This document shows positions 36,473-49,493 of a DNA stretch of 64,000 nucleotides, in pieces. This stretch comes from Patellaria atrata CBS 101060. Taxonomy: Eukaryota. How positions within the stretch are numbered: position 1 is the first letter of the stretch; every line of letters begins with the position of its first letter. A program made the position numbers and the translations under genes. The notes below the pieces were generated by a model that worked only from the letters and a program-made list of their open reading frames with translations, did no database searches and was not told the DNA's origin. The stretch lies in contig MU006097.1 in assembly GCA_010093705.1 (NCBI GenBank), positions 507,905-571,904 of the forward strand, written 5' to 3'.

Positions 36473-36868
36473 TCAAAAGACCGTGATTTTTTTGGTCATT
36501 TGCTTATCCGTGAGTAAAACAGATCTCTAGATAAGTTTATTTTTTTAAGATCGCGACCAAAAATCTCGAAGAATCATGTGCGATATGACTTTTTTTATGT
36601 GGTGGTGGAAAGTGAAGTTTCCTAATCGCCGAAGAAAGTCGGTCGTGTTTCAACAATAGACATGTATAAAATCGTGGCATTACTATCTTCAAAGACCGTG
36701 AGTTTTTTTTTTTTTTTTGGCACTTGCTTAATCTTTAGAAAAATGAGGAAATAACATAGTTACCTAAAATCGAGACGAGAAATCTGGAAGATTCATATGC
36801 GATATGAGTGTTTTATAAGGTGGTGGAAAGTGAGGTTTCCCAGAACGCGAGGGAAATCGGTCGCGTTG
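36473..36868. repeat. Diverged tandem duplication, unit ~216 bp, in the divergent fRMsr/Fta4 promoter
   Basis: Shared blocks AAAGACCGTGA-polyT-GG, TTGCTTA, AAATCT.GAAGA.TCAT.TGCGATATGA, GGTGGTGGAAAGTGA.GTTTCC and TCGGTCG.GTT, starting at ~36473 and ~36689. Confidence 0.85.
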
Positions 36869-36941
36869 CCCCCCCACCCTGCTTCACGTTTCTACCTTCA
36901 CAAACTTGCCCGTCGCTACGCACCCCTGAATTAGGACAAAC

Positions 36942-38076
36942 ATGGCTACGAATATCGATACTGTGATAGCGCTCAAATCGGCATTTTTGCGCGGGCAGAT
37001 CCGTACCCTTTCGCAACAGCTCCAAGTTCCTGAGCGATGGCGTGAGGATAGCGATGAGCTGCCCGCGAAGATGGTGAGGGAGGTAGTTGGGGAAGGTATG
37101 TTTACTTCTAACATCTGATTCCGTAAGAAAGTGTTCTTTCTCTTGTGTCACATCCAAATATTCTATCATTATAGTCACTGTTGAATATATTCGATCCGAA
37201 CCATTTTCATTCCAAAGTATAGGATGCGTACTTCGTCCCCCTTCCCACTATAAATATCTCCTTTACCCTTGTTTCCAAACAATTGATCGGTTCAAACTCA
37301 AGCTACAGCTCACACAATTCCCAGTTAATCGCCGTATACGGCACCATAATAAAACCGTCTACTTCACCCCCGCGATCCGCCAAACCGCCGAGCAGATCGA
37401 CGCCCTGTACTGGAAATCCGGCGAACCAGACCTGACCGTGCTGGAATCCGAGAACGCAAACCCAGACCCGACGCCCGAGCAACCGCTGAGGGAAGGCGAA
37501 GACCTAAGCCTAGAAGTGTACGTATATCCCCTAACAATGACCGAAGGGGGAAGCTGAACCCGTTCAGCAATATCGCACGCATTCCTGCGACCCTGGAGCA
37601 TTTGGATGCTGAAGGAGAAGAGGAGCTGGTTAAGCTGCAGACTCGATTGCTGGAGTTGGCTGAGCGCAGAGAGGCGGCGAGGAGGAAATTGGGTATGGTT
37701 CATTTCTCTTTACTAACCTTATTCCTTCTTCATACCGGCTCGATTGACTCCTTGACCGTTTATATTTCAGCTGCTCCATCATGCTAACTTCTAACCAGCA
37801 ACATACACCCATCTTCAGACCCTAATTGCACCCCTTAAAAACCCCCAATCCTCCATCCAGCCCAATCTGGTGACTCGCGATGGTCAACTCGCGGCTGAGT
37901 TGGCCAAGTTGCGGAACTTGAGCGTGCGAGTTGCAGGAAGAGTCCCGGAATGGGTTGAGAGGGAGAAGGGGCGGAAAGGGAGAGAGGGGGAGGAAGAGGA
38001 AGAGGGTTTGGATGACGATGACATAGAGATAGAGGATGAGGATGAGAAAGTAAGGAGAATCTGGGAGGGTATGTGA
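36942..38076 (+). CDS. FTA4: Kinetochore Sim4-complex subunit Fta4-like protein, four exons (first intron 37096-37324)
   Basis: Spliced product MATNIDTVIALKSAFLRGQIRTLSQ...HNKTVYFTPAIRQTAEQIDALYW...IQPNLVTRDGQLAAELAKLRNL. Confidence 0.8.
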
Positions 38077-38694
38077 GTGCTGTTAAGGTTCTGGATGTGA
38101 TATGAGAGGTCTCGAATTGATCGGTCTCCATTGTTGGTGTTTGAATCCAATGGGTTTGGGAGGAGCTTGGGCGTATGGATGGGCTGGGAGTTGAATCTGG
38201 GTGAGAGCGTAGCTCAATTTAGGCGATTATAATGGTAAGGAGGTAGTAAATGTATTGTAGACATCAAACTACCCTAGAGATTATCCAGCGCTTTCTCGCG
38301 CCTTTTTCCAGAGCAGTTTTATAATAACCCTAGGAGTGCCATAACAGGGAAAGGGCTGTCACGAATTCTCATCTTACCTACAATAACATCTTCCATCAAA
38401 TGCGGTTTCGAGTCAAGTCCGACCCAGCCCCTACCACACCTTCCTCCTCTTAGACCTCCTTCCATGCTGCCGCCAACTGTAAACATACTATACTCCATTT
38501 CTCTCCTCAGACATTCTCTTTTCCTCTTCTCCATACACTCACTTATCGAAGACCATCACTATCACATATCCATTCCATATCAAACCATACCGTAGCTATT
38601 ACACTCGCTAAACTATCGAATTACACACCATATACCACGTATACCAGTACATACCAATCACTAAGTTCTCATCAGCCAGTCTCCCCATACCAAA

Positions 38695-41517
38695 ATGCCA
38701 TTATCAGTCTTCGTGTACGACGATGTCTGGTACAATGATAAGCTAAAAGCCTACAAATACCGCCGCAGCAACGACCAATCCGACGGAGATTCGGTCGACA
38801 ATCCTAGTTTCGAATGTCCCGGTCCCGATTGGGTTTGGGCAGGGAGAGCCAAATTCAACGCACCTGACCATATCATCTTTGAGACCGCTTCGAAGATCGA
38901 TGATAGGATCCAGCAACGTCATTCGCTCACAGGGTGGAGAATGGTTCAGGTTGTAATGGCTATGAATTGGGTAAGAATTCCGTCCCCAGAGACAAACACA
39001 GCTATACAGGAAGACGGCGACAACGCGAAAGGGGTTGAAAAGGAGGAAAATCAGGATGAATCTGAAGAGGAGGGTGTGGTTGAGGAGGAGGTGAAGACTA
39101 TCGTCCAGACTTTACAGAGGGTGTGGAAGATTCTTTCATTTCTCAGGCGGCCCAAACGGCGGTGGAATGAAGTCGAAGAAGAAGTATTCAGGAGGTTTAT
39201 GATTGCATATCGTGAGAATGAATCCAGCCCGGAGGAAAACGTCCAGGAGAACACTGTCCAGGAGAACACTGTCCAGGAGAACACTGTCCAAGAGGAGACC
39301 GCCCAGGAATCGAGTAACGTGGAGGAAGATGCCGTAACATTTGCGGAAGTCTTCCACAAATTGGACCTCCTAATGAAACCGTGGAATCCTGCAAAATTTG
39401 CATTTGAAGTCGGGCTTAAGACGGCTCGAAGGTTAATCGGGAGGTATCTACTTGTGTCGCGTAGGACTTTAGAAAATGACCAGGAAGAGGCGAGGGACCG
39501 AAGATTAGAGAAGCAGGAAAAGACTATTCAAGGCAACTATCTACACACAAGCGGAACCACTAGAACCACTAAACTAACATCATGGTGGCAAGCTATTAGG
39601 TGGAATGAACCAGATATTGGTAACATTTGCTCCGACGCCCCCAAAACACTAGCGCCCGAAGGTTCTGTGATCAAAGTGGTGCTAGGTATCGCCAACCCAG
39701 AGGTTGGTCAGGAGCAAAGTAGCAATCTGCAACCAGTAGATTCAAATTTGTCTACTTTGAGGGAGGTAGAGAACGAACACACCGTGGAAATATGCGAAAT
39801 GGAAGCAGAACTAGACCAAAGTCGTCCAGTTGAGATGGTCGACGAAGGAAGTGATACTTCAAGTGACAATGAAAACGAACGTGTTACTCATCCCTCTGAG
39901 ACTGGTGTAGCAGAACATGATACCATTACAGTAACTTCTGGAGAACATGATGAAAGCTATGGGCTACAAAGTATTGTGGGCCTCTCTGATAATGATTCAA
40001 TCACGTTCGATGGCATAGCTGCTTCCGAGGAGCCACGGTTAGAGGTTACTATAATGAAGGTCACCGTAATAGAGGTCGACGATGATTCTGACTGCGATAC
40101 CATTGGTGAGGATGAACACAAAGTACGGGACCACTCTCAATCTCCTTCAAGTCTCAAGTCACTGAGATCTCCTGATCGTGATCAAGCTGTACAGGAAAAC
40201 TTCGAAAAAGACGAAATTGAAAAGGCAGCTCATAAAGTATTTGAGAAATACAAGACTCTGGAAAGACATGAAAATGAATGGAAACTGCACGAATTGCCAG
40301 AATTTGAATGTCAAATACGCCAAACCACAACGAATTTTGGATTATATTGGCTCGGACAAGGAGCTGTATTTCCGAAGCTGAATGATCAGTCTAAACACAA
40401 GGAGATCGCCTCAGGAGACGACAAGAGTTACACGGAATCAATTCCTGGCGACACAGACGTCGAGTATTGGACCTTATATACTTCACCTGAAGATGAAGAT
40501 GAGTGGAGGGCCAGAACATCAACCCCAAAGTCTCCAGAACCACAAACCTGTGACAAGCTTACCTTAATCCCGGAGCTGGAAGAGCAGGACTTGGACGGTT
40601 GGAATTTCCGAGTATCCCAGAGCCTGAACAATCGTGATGTCGTAGAGCCAGAAGTAAAAGACGGCGGTATTCCTCCAAACCGTACTCCTGAGAATATGGC
40701 AGCGAAGTTTAGAGAAGACTTCGCCGCTGTTATGGAAGAGTTTGATCCGGATGAACTCGAATTCGAATCAGATCAACTCTATTTCGAAACCCAGCCTGTA
40801 GAAAGAATATCCGAGAGCGTGGACAAACCTGCTGTCGTAAACCTTGAAGAAAAATCCAGCGGCGTATCCTCAAACCGTACCCAGGAGCAGATGGCGACGA
40901 AGTTCAGAGATGATTTCGCCGCTATTATGGAAGAGTTCGATGAGGATGAGCTCGACTTCGAATACCAGCCTCCAGAAGGGGTGCATGAACTGGAGAGAGT
41001 GAGCGCACGGGCAGAAGCGCGATATGCTGATGATGGCGGCACTGGAAACCTGCTTCTATTGGACTTCGGTATTCAGAACTCAGCGTGGGATGCCAACATT
41101 GATCCTCCACCATACAGCAATGAAGAAGACATTGAGGAAAATAGTGTGCCTAATCCACAATGGTCAGAAGGCTTATGGGACAATTGGGATGAAATGGAAG
41201 AAGCAAGATTCCATGACGAACTCGAAACGCGAGAAGCAGGTTTTATTCTCGACCAAGAACTGTACGAACATGTGATCCCGCAATTAGGCGGCAATATGAC
41301 ACACTTTGGTGGAATAAAACTATACGATGGCCCTGCAGATGAAGAACCACTGCCGGCCCATGAATCGGATGAGTTGAGTGAAGAGAGCGACGATAGTACA
41401 GAGACTATCAAGCCATCTCATTTTGCTGGGCATGATGACAGTACAGATGCTCCGCGCAGTGATAGTGGTAATGTACAACCAACGTCTTGCGACTATTATT
41501 TGCTTACTGGGTCATAG
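38695..41517 (+). CDS. Intronless 940-aa highly acidic protein of unknown function with internal repeats
   Basis: Uninterrupted 2.8-kb ORF with CCAAA-ATG context, rich in Glu and Asp. No family motif recognised. Confidence 0.75.
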   Translation: MPLSVFVYDDVWYNDKLKAYKYRRSNDQSDGDSVDNPSFECPGPDWVWAGRAKFNAPDHIIFETASKIDDRIQQRHSLTGWRMVQVVMAMNWVRIPSPETNTAIQEDGDNAKGVEKEENQDESEEEGVVEEEVKTIVQTLQRVWKILSFLRRPKRRWNEVEEEVFRRFMIAYRENESSPEENVQENTVQENTVQENTVQEETAQESSNVEEDAVTFAEVFHKLDLLMKPWNPAKFAFEVGLKTARRLIGRYLLVSRRTLENDQEEARDRRLEKQEKTIQGNYLHTSGTTRTTKLTSWWQAIRWNEPDIGNICSDAPKTLAPEGSVIKVVLGIANPEVGQEQSSNLQPVDSNLSTLREVENEHTVEICEMEAELDQSRPVEMVDEGSDTSSDNENERVTHPSETGVAEHDTITVTSGEHDESYGLQSIVGLSDNDSITFDGIAASEEPRLEVTIMKVTVIEVDDDSDCDTIGEDEHKVRDHSQSPSSLKSLRSPDRDQAVQENFEKDEIEKAAHKVFEKYKTLERHENEWKLHELPEFECQIRQTTTNFGLYWLGQGAVFPKLNDQSKHKEIASGDDKSYTESIPGDTDVEYWTLYTSPEDEDEWRARTSTPKSPEPQTCDKLTLIPELEEQDLDGWNFRVSQSLNNRDVVEPEVKDGGIPPNRTPENMAAKFREDFAAVMEEFDPDELEFESDQLYFETQPVERISESVDKPAVVNLEEKSSGVSSNRTQEQMATKFRDDFAAIMEEFDEDELDFEYQPPEGVHELERVSARAEARYADDGGTGNLLLLDFGIQNSAWDANIDPPPYSNEEDIEENSVPNPQWSEGLWDNWDEMEEARFHDELETREAGFILDQELYEHVIPQLGGNMTHFGGIKLYDGPADEEPLPAHESDELSEESDDSTETIKPSHFAGHDDSTDAPRSDSGNVQPTSCDYYLLTGS
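39241..39290 (+). repeat. Coding 15-bp tandem repeat (GTCCAGGAGAACACT)x3+, encoding VQENT
   Basis: Three perfect copies plus a partial copy. Confidence 0.95.
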
Positions 41518-42065
41518 TCCATTACATTGAGGATGTGAAGAGTGAGGATCCAAACGAAAGTACGTAACATTGATTCCCAATGGTGAACAAGAAATCTCGA
41601 ATGAACCCAAGCAAGTTGCATTACCTCGATATTCTTTTGTCGTGTGGTGATTGATATATTGGTGGTTAGAGAGATGGAGAGACGGAGCTTCCATTCCTTT
41701 ATATTCATATGCCAAGATGCCGCTAACCGTTGAGTTTATGGTTGGCAGGAGCTGATGAGAGTGAGGACGACAACACCCAAATAAACACACAGCAACCACA
41801 AATCTCTCCTACTTCCTCACCTACTGTAGGCGAACTCACCGAACGGCCTGAAAGGCCAGAGGATACCTCGACCGCTTCTTCTACCGATGTTCAAGCTCGC
41901 TTTTGCTTCTTGAACACGTCAGCGCAACCTAAGTCCTCCTTTCCAATCACATCCCTCGTCAAGCGCCTTCTAGACGGAGAGACTGTGCCACAGCAAACAC
42001 ATCGACCTAGGCCAACAACAGGCCTTGCTAGATCCTCTAGAACCCCTAGCGAATCGGAGCCGAAA

Positions 42066-42988
42066 ATGAACAATTTCCCTTCTTTCCTCGACACCTCCGG
42101 CAACGGTGTAGGAGGTAACCCACCACGGCAAACGCCCTCTCCAGGACCAGGTCAGCATCAGGCGAATGGTATTGGGAGCGCAATGAACTTTCTCAATGGA
42201 GCAGGTGTCAGCTCTGCTGCTGCTCAGATGGACTTGAACTATGTTATGCAGATGGTCCAGCAGCTGGCGGACATCAATGCGGAAAACAGAGCAGAGCAGA
42301 ATAGGATTGTCAATGGTATAACACAGCTACAGGTAACTATAAGGTTGTGTATAGATATGGAACCTATGTTGACAGGAAGCTAGCAATCACACACGTACGA
42401 TTCTCTGTCTCCGAATGGCGGACCCGTAAATGGTGATGCACATGGTGAGTTACGCTTGAACGATATGGAATCACGACATGACTAACAAGCCTTCAAATAG
42501 CTGCTGCGAGATACGCCGAAATAACTACGGAACTAACTGTAGTCACCAACAAGCTTCATAATGCCGAACGAATGGCAGAAGAATCCAAACTTGAAGTGGA
42601 TGTGATGAAAGAGATCAAAGAGGAGTATGACAAGACTATACAGCACCTGATGAACAAGCTTCGGCCATATGCATACAGTCATACCCAAGCGACCATCGCT
42701 CTCCACAAACATTACCAAGCTCTCCTTGACGCTGAACGGCAAGCAAATCTCGATCTCCGACTCGAACACCAACAATGGCAGACTGGTCTTGCAAGAGTTG
42801 CAGAATACGCACGCCTTGCACTAGGCGCCCAGAGCGATGCCAGTCTATCTTATGTCACAAGGATTCGAGAATTGAAACAGGAGAATAAAGTATTGAGAAA
42901 ATTGGCAGGGTGGGAACCAGCAGAGGACAGTGATAATGAGGAAGAGTCCGTGCAGAAAGGGGAAGCTCAACATCGTCCCCAGCAGTAG
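42066..42988 (+). CDS. Small coiled-coil protein, possibly a STRIPAK SIKE/Far3-like subunit (SCI1/SipB type); two introns
   Basis: Spliced ORF (introns start at 42333 and ~42445) with heptad segments MDLNYVMQMVQQLADINAENR and HYQALLDAERQANLDLRLEHQQWQTGL...LKQENKVLRKLAGW. The family assignment is from recall only. Confidence 0.6.
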
Positions 42989-44148
42989 AGCACGAGCATT
43001 CGTTTAGATCATTTTATGAAGCATAGCGCCGGCGTTGGTCTTGGATAACACTTGCATATCATACATTAGGAGCTAGGAGTTTGGGGATCATTACGGTCAA
43101 GATCGAGTATCAATCATTTTGTAGAGGGCGAAGAATGGACTACTCAAAACAAAATATAGTTATTCCCTCAGTCCAAGCGCTTGCGGTGATGATGCAGCAA
43201 AGAATGTGTCGCCGAGGCTATACATCGCGGTCAACAAGGAGGCCTAAGACCCACAGTTAATGGACAGCATATGACAATCTCTCGGCTTCTCAGGGATGAA
43301 AGATCTATAGAAGATTGATAGAATCTTCTCTTGCAGGACCTTGGACCCACTTTGTCTTTGTGGAGTGCATATAGATACAGTACGTATAGTCCCAGTTCGC
43401 TGACTTCAAGACAGAAGCGAACAGAAATACAACACCATACTCATAGATTCTGACTTCGGTCCGATACGATACACATGCGGCGCATTCAACCCTCTACCAG
43501 GAAGGTATCAACAAAATCATGCGCCAAAAGCGCATCCAAACCGCCATTTTGGGATCTCGTGAGCAGCAAGATCGTCGTTGGGTGTTGTCCCAATCCCGGG
43601 TAAAATAGCAATATAGATGAAATCCACCATACAATACCCGGTCCACAAGCTCTTAGCCACATATCTATCTGGATACACCGAGATCTCTACCCTTGTTTAA
43701 TTTAATTTATCAATGTAGTATACCAAAGAGTCTACCTAAGTTTCATTATACTAATGTGATTGCTCAGGTTGTCTTCATCATCCTGCCGTCTGCACTCTTA
43801 CTGCATTCCGCATTGAACTGATATGTTCACCATATCCCAATTGCATGTCCCAAGCGCTTGGTAACAAGTGTACCCACCTGCTGTTCAATATAACACAATA
43901 GGTACGGCCCGACGGCACCGTATGCATACCTCTATGGCAGTACCTTTAATTCTCCTCATGAGAAATCCCAAGCGTCCAAGAGGCTCAACAGGCTTCGCAT
44001 GACGAGAACGCCAACCCTTGTTGGATACGCCGTCCATCGGCCTCCCTACCGTCTCCACGCTCCCACTACATATAAAGTCTACTGCGACCACAATGCATTC
44101 TCTTCCCCACTCCGCATCAACATCAGAATCCGTCCCTCTCCCTCCAAG

Positions 44149-45347
44149 ATGCAGCTCACCGCCGTCCTCCTCGCCGCCCTGGCCACCGCCGTCTCTGCCC
44201 GTCCTCCCCCGACCGCCAGCGACGTTAACCCTTTTGTCGGCAAGGACCTCTACGTCCCCAAGTCGTACGCCGCAAAGCTCGATACCACTATCGCCAACTT
44301 CCTTGCCAAGAACGACACCGTCAACGCGGCGCGCACCCGCACCGTCCAGCGCACCAGCACCTTCACCTGGGTCACCACCCGTGCCGGCCTCGTCAACATC
44401 GACACGGCGATCAAAGAGGCGCGCGAGCAGAAGCGCCGAACCCGTAAAGAGACCATCGTCGGCCTCGTCCTGTACAACCTACCGGACCGGGACTGCTCGG
44501 CCGGCGAGTCGGCAGGCGAGCTCAGCTCTGCCAAGAACGGGCTGGAGATCTACAAGAAGGAGTTCATCGACCCGTATGCGAAGAAGCTTGCTGACGCGGG
44601 GGACTTGACGTTCGCGGTGGTGCTCGAGCCGGACAGCCTGGGCAACGCGGTGACGAACCAGGGGATCGAGTTCTGCAAGAACGCAACGACGATCTATGAG
44701 CAGGGCATCGCGTACGCGATAAAGCAGCTGCAGTTGAAGAACGTCGCGCTCTACATCGACGCAGCGCACGGTGGATGGTTGGGATGGGCTGATAATCTCG
44801 AACCCAGTGAGTGATCCCCTCTTCCCCTAATCCGAACGGGAGGTCCAAAGAAACGTTACCAACGTCTCTTGTAGCTGCCAAGGAATTCGCTAAGGTCCTC
44901 TCCATGGCTGGTAATTCGACAAAGATTCGTGGTTTCGCTACTAACGTCTCGAACTACAACCCCTACAACGCCATCATCCGCGAGAACTACACCGAGTGGT
45001 CGCCCTCCTGGGACGAGTCGCACTACGCCACTTCCCTCTCCGAGAAGCTCGTCGCTGAGGGTCTGCCCGCGCATTTCATCATCGATCAGGGCCGTGTTGC
45101 GCTCCCTGGAGCGAGAGAGGAGTGGGGCGAGTGGTGCAACGTGTCGCCTGCTGGATTCGGACGCAGGCCCACGACACAGGGACTGAACAATACGGTTGTC
45201 GATGCGCTAGTGTGGATCAAGCCTGGTGGGGAGAGTGATGGCCGCTGTGGCCTTGAGGGTGCACCGGCGGCGGGCGCGTGGTTCGATGAGTATGTGCAGA
45301 TGTTAGTCAAGAATGCCGATCCACCTTTGACTATGAGCTTGAATTAA
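44149..45347 (+). CDS. Secreted glycoside hydrolase family 6 cellulase without CBM1; intron 44808-44874
   Basis: Signal peptide MQLTAVLLAALATAVSA and GH6 motifs YNLPDRDCSAGES, LEPDSLGN, IDAAHGGWLGW, GFATNVSNYN, WGEWCN and WIKPGGESDG. TATAAA at 44071. Confidence 0.95.
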
Positions 45348-45969
45348 GGGGTTGTATGAGGAGAATGGGTTGTGGTAGGTTCTATTGTACATATTCTATG
45401 ACTGGACGATATAGACGTATAGAAAAGAGATCAAGGTTGTATGTAAAAATTGACATTTGGTCACTTGTACAGGTTGTATTCTTGTTGGACTTTGGATAGT
45501 ACCTGTCCCTTTCTTGTGGTTGGTATCCCTCGCTCATTGTACGCTCGCTGTACACAACGGGATAACCCTAAGTAGGACCGTTTATTGGAACTTTTTTGTA
45601 TCCCGTTCAGTAACTCGGAGCTATTGCTTAAGTAATTATTCTAGCACAGCCCTGAACACAGAAGGAAGTATGCCACACATCTCTGTTAGATTACCATATA
45701 CCGTGTAATGTTGAACCCAGCCATTCATATGGCATACAGGAGAGAATAAACGCCGTCCTAGCCCAATTGCTCTCACCAATGCCGAAAACTCCAACCCGTA
45801 ACAGACACTATAAGTGCGCCTTAATAATCCATCAGCAGAAAAACAGAATCTCACGTACACCGTACTGTCAGTGCACCTCTGCGCACAATATAACCCCACA
45901 GCCATTACAGCCATATCTATCGTGAGCCCTTACTTACCGTAATCATTCGTATGAGTCGAGTGTAGAAGA

Positions 45970-47123
45970 TTAGACTTCCATGCTCTCGACCAATCCCTCA
46001 CTCATACCTCGAACGGCGCTCTTATCCCTTTGACGCTTGTCCTCTCTCGTGCGCATCTCTCTCTCCTCATCGCTCACAACGTCACCATCCCAACTGACTT
46101 CCCTATCCCAATCAAGCTCAACATCGGCATCTATTTCGTCGTCGCCCGGTAAGTGCAGCACTTCATCGTCATCCTCGGCATAACCCGCCTGAACATAATA
46201 GCCTGGTCTATCACCCAACCAATACTTCGCCCTCTTATTCGCACTGAATGCAGAAAACGAGATACTGTTTCTTGCAGAAGCGCGGCGCTTGATCGGGCTG
46301 GGGTGAACGGGTGGAGAATGGCTGATCACGCTCTGGCCCCTGATGTACATGTAACAGACACGCTTGCGGGACTTATTAAAGAAGAAGTAGTTGAGACTCC
46401 ATATCGCGCTATCTTCGCCGTCGAAAGGGTCTTCTTCCGGCACGTAGCAATAGATGTGGCAGTCCCGAATGTTCATTTCGTTGTCTATCAGACCCCACAT
46501 GCGCGGGCCCCAGATCTGAGACCCGCCGGGTGTCTGCGCACCCAAGGGAATGCCGCCAGGAGCTAGCGCATTAGGTGCGGCTAGTAGAGCGCCTGTAGGG
46601 CGTGGACGCAGATTGTACAGTGTTGTGTCTATGGTGTTCATCACTTGTCTCAAACTACGCTCACGACGGAAGTCCGTTGGCTTGAGGATGTGGGAGAAGT
46701 CATAATCCGGATGACTCGCATTCAATGTTGCAATCAAGTATGCGAATGTCCGTCGACTCGAAATCTGACTCAGCGGGCCAAACGGGCTTGAGCGCGACAA
46801 ATTCAATGACTCGGCAAGAATCTCGGACTGAGGTGGGGAAAGGGAGGCAGATATACGGAGAAGGGATTCGTGTTGCGCTTCCAAGGAATGCTCTATGTTC
46901 TTGTAGAGTTTCTTGTCGGTGCCGGCCGCTTTAGTGGTGTAGAGGTCGCAACCACCGATGACGTGACAATCGGGGGTGTTGAAGTTCAGGGCAGATGTGA
47001 CATCTTCGAAATCGCGTAGTGGTAGGTACTAAATAGATGAGGTTAAGTACGCGGTTCTTTATTTCTTGCTCTTGCTGATACAGTAACCGGGCCAGCAAGG
47101 ATGGAGATGGAACGTACCTTCAT
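45970..47123 (-). CDS. MAF1: Repressor of RNA polymerase III transcription Maf1; intron 47117-47029
   Basis: MKYL...GCDLYTTKAAGTDKKLYK, SRRTFAYLIATLNASHPDYDFS and WSLNYFFFNKSRKRV. Confidence 0.95.
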
Positions 47124-48205
47124 GATGGTCTGAACGCGCAACCTTTATGCTGAGTGGTAACGGATCTGGTAAAACAACTCGAAAAGAAAAGCGCAAAGGT
47201 AGATCTAAAAGCGGAGTTGGGTGCCTTGAGCGCAAACGCACTTCTTTATTCAGTTTGCGTTTGCGATAAGGGTTCACCTGCTGAAACAAGACAGTACACA
47301 AGAGATCACTCCAGGCTGGCTGCAAGGACCAAACTCAGTGTGCTGTACAAGCCAGACTTAACGTCTAGCAGGAAGCGCTGGTATATCTGATGGGGAACAT
47401 TGCGGTATATGTTGTTGTTGTTGGTAGTGAGATCAGGAAGTTGGAACTGAACGGGATGGAGGTTGCGTTGTTACAGCTGCGGTGATGGCTTGTCCAATCA
47501 GCTCGCATCGTGCAACTCATCCAAATCACATGATATGAGCCATCCACGACTTGTTCCAATATCATCTTTGAACATCTCCACGTGGGTCGAAAGAAGGATA
47601 TATATCGTTTAGAAATGCTATTATAGTCAGATTGAAGACGGGGAAGTGTTTGTTTACGTCGAAGTCAAGAAGCCGGAACCATCCGGGGTCCAGAAAGGTG
47701 GGTGACCACTCATGCCTATGCATATTCAACGTCCGTCTTCGTCATAGCCGTTCCATCTTGATAAATGCTTCGAGTGTAAATTTAACAAAAATTGCACTAG
47801 TAACAAGGTAAACAAGCTTGGGGCAAGAAGTACTTGAGGTCGCTATGATGATAGTAACTTAGCTGACCACATAATAGCAAGGACTGCTATCCTGGCATAG
47901 GTCGTGGAATTAATTACAAAATAATACCACTCTTTTGGTTACCTTACGTATCATCACCATGGAATATCTAGTTCGTGGCTATCGATTTATAAAATCGTCT
48001 GACTTTTTCCCGGGCCTATCGTGGGTCCCGATTTGATGCCGTCTCGCACTGTCGTTGTCTCATATCATGCCGTTTTCGCGCATCATATCGAGGATATCAT
48101 TCTCGCCCTGCATGTATGGAGACAGGATGTGGTTAGCGGACAGCGTCTGGATGATGGATTCCCGCGTTTGTGGCTCAATATGTATGCAGCAATGGGTTGT
48201 AGGAT

Positions 48206-48979
48206 TCACATAATCTTCCTGATAGGATCATCATCGGTCTTGAAGAGTTTGAGTATCAGTAATGCATCAAACCGAAAGATGAGTTCAGGAAGACTGCAGA
48301 GAGAGATTTGCGCCTGGGTTGTGTGGCATCGTATCGAATGCAGTCAGAAAATGGACCAAAAAAAATCAAGCATACCTCCATATCTTCGAGACTATCCTGT
48401 TGGCTTATACACCGCAAGACGTTCTTCTTACTACTCTCCTGCATCTCGCCTGCTAGCAAAAGCTCGTCCAATATAAAGTACGCTTTCTGGAAGTTGAAGA
48501 TGATGTCCAGTTCGCAGACATTGCCGTAGTACTTGTCCATCTGTTCTACGTAACGGTGCACGATCTCGAGGGTAATCAACTCGTTATCCGTCGAGTCGCA
48601 CCCGGCAATAAAGAAGAGGGAGGCATATCTTCGATACACGACCTTACTATCTGAGGATCACCTGTCAATTACATCTAGATCCAGGTCTCTTTGTGGGCTA
48701 ACCTTTGTATTCGAGAAAGTTGCACATCCGGGTACGTCGTGCTAAGACCAGTTGAGAGACATCCTTAATGATTTTCGCTTTGTCTTTTGGGGATAGAGTA
48801 GTGAACCATTTGGCCAGCCGCTGGATAGGGTATCAGCATCGATCCACTTGCTGCAAAGCAGACGCTCACGCACCACTTTGCCCTGCCTTGAAAGCAGAAT
48901 CAGATACCTAAAAAAAAAAAAAAAATCAGAATTGTATTCTGCGAGGTTCTGCTAAGGTAGTCACTCACTTTATGGCCAT
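48206..48979 (-). CDS. APS1: AP-1 clathrin adaptor complex sigma subunit, five exons
   Basis: [39 protein letters not shown] and [19 protein letters not shown]. Last exon 48238-48206 ([10 protein letters not shown]). Confidence 0.95.
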
Positions 48980-49493
48980 AGTTGTGCGATGCTAGAGTTG
49001 AAAAGAACGAACGGGGTCTTTGGAACAACTCTTGGTGCTTGAGGTGGCCATCGTAATTACGTAATCGGACGTTCTATCATCTGCTCGAGTGCATCACCAC
49101 ATCTCATCCATTCTTTCTTCAACTGTTTCAAAACACCCTCCCCGAAAGTTGTGTCATCCCACTAAGGATCAGGTGCATCTCCTTCTGATTTTACTGTCAC
49201 TCAACCTCATTGAAACTTTTGTTCTACCAATCAGCGAGTCTGAGAATTCGCCGACCACAGTTTCGGGATCACAAAGTGGAAAAAAGGTTCTTAGCTTTGA
49301 AATATCAGTTGTGTATCTAGGACACAGTATATAGAAGAATCAAGTGATAGTTCTATTCTCTGACTCCTTTTTTTCCCAGCCTTTTTCACTCACGAGTACT
49401 CAATGGTTATAAATCTCAAATCGTCCTATAAGGAACCTCTTTTTGAAGCCAGTGCGAAGGTGTACTTGAGACAGCATAACAACTAGAAAGAAA

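Noticed and set aside
38203..38295. tRNA-like start (GAGAGCGTAGCTCAAT) with a complementary CGCTTTC 7-mer downstream
   Set aside because: No GG in a D-loop, no TTCRA T-loop, and no convincing anticodon arm.
43653..43658. XlnR-like GGCTAA site upstream of the GH6 gene
   Set aside because: A single hexamer, expected by chance.
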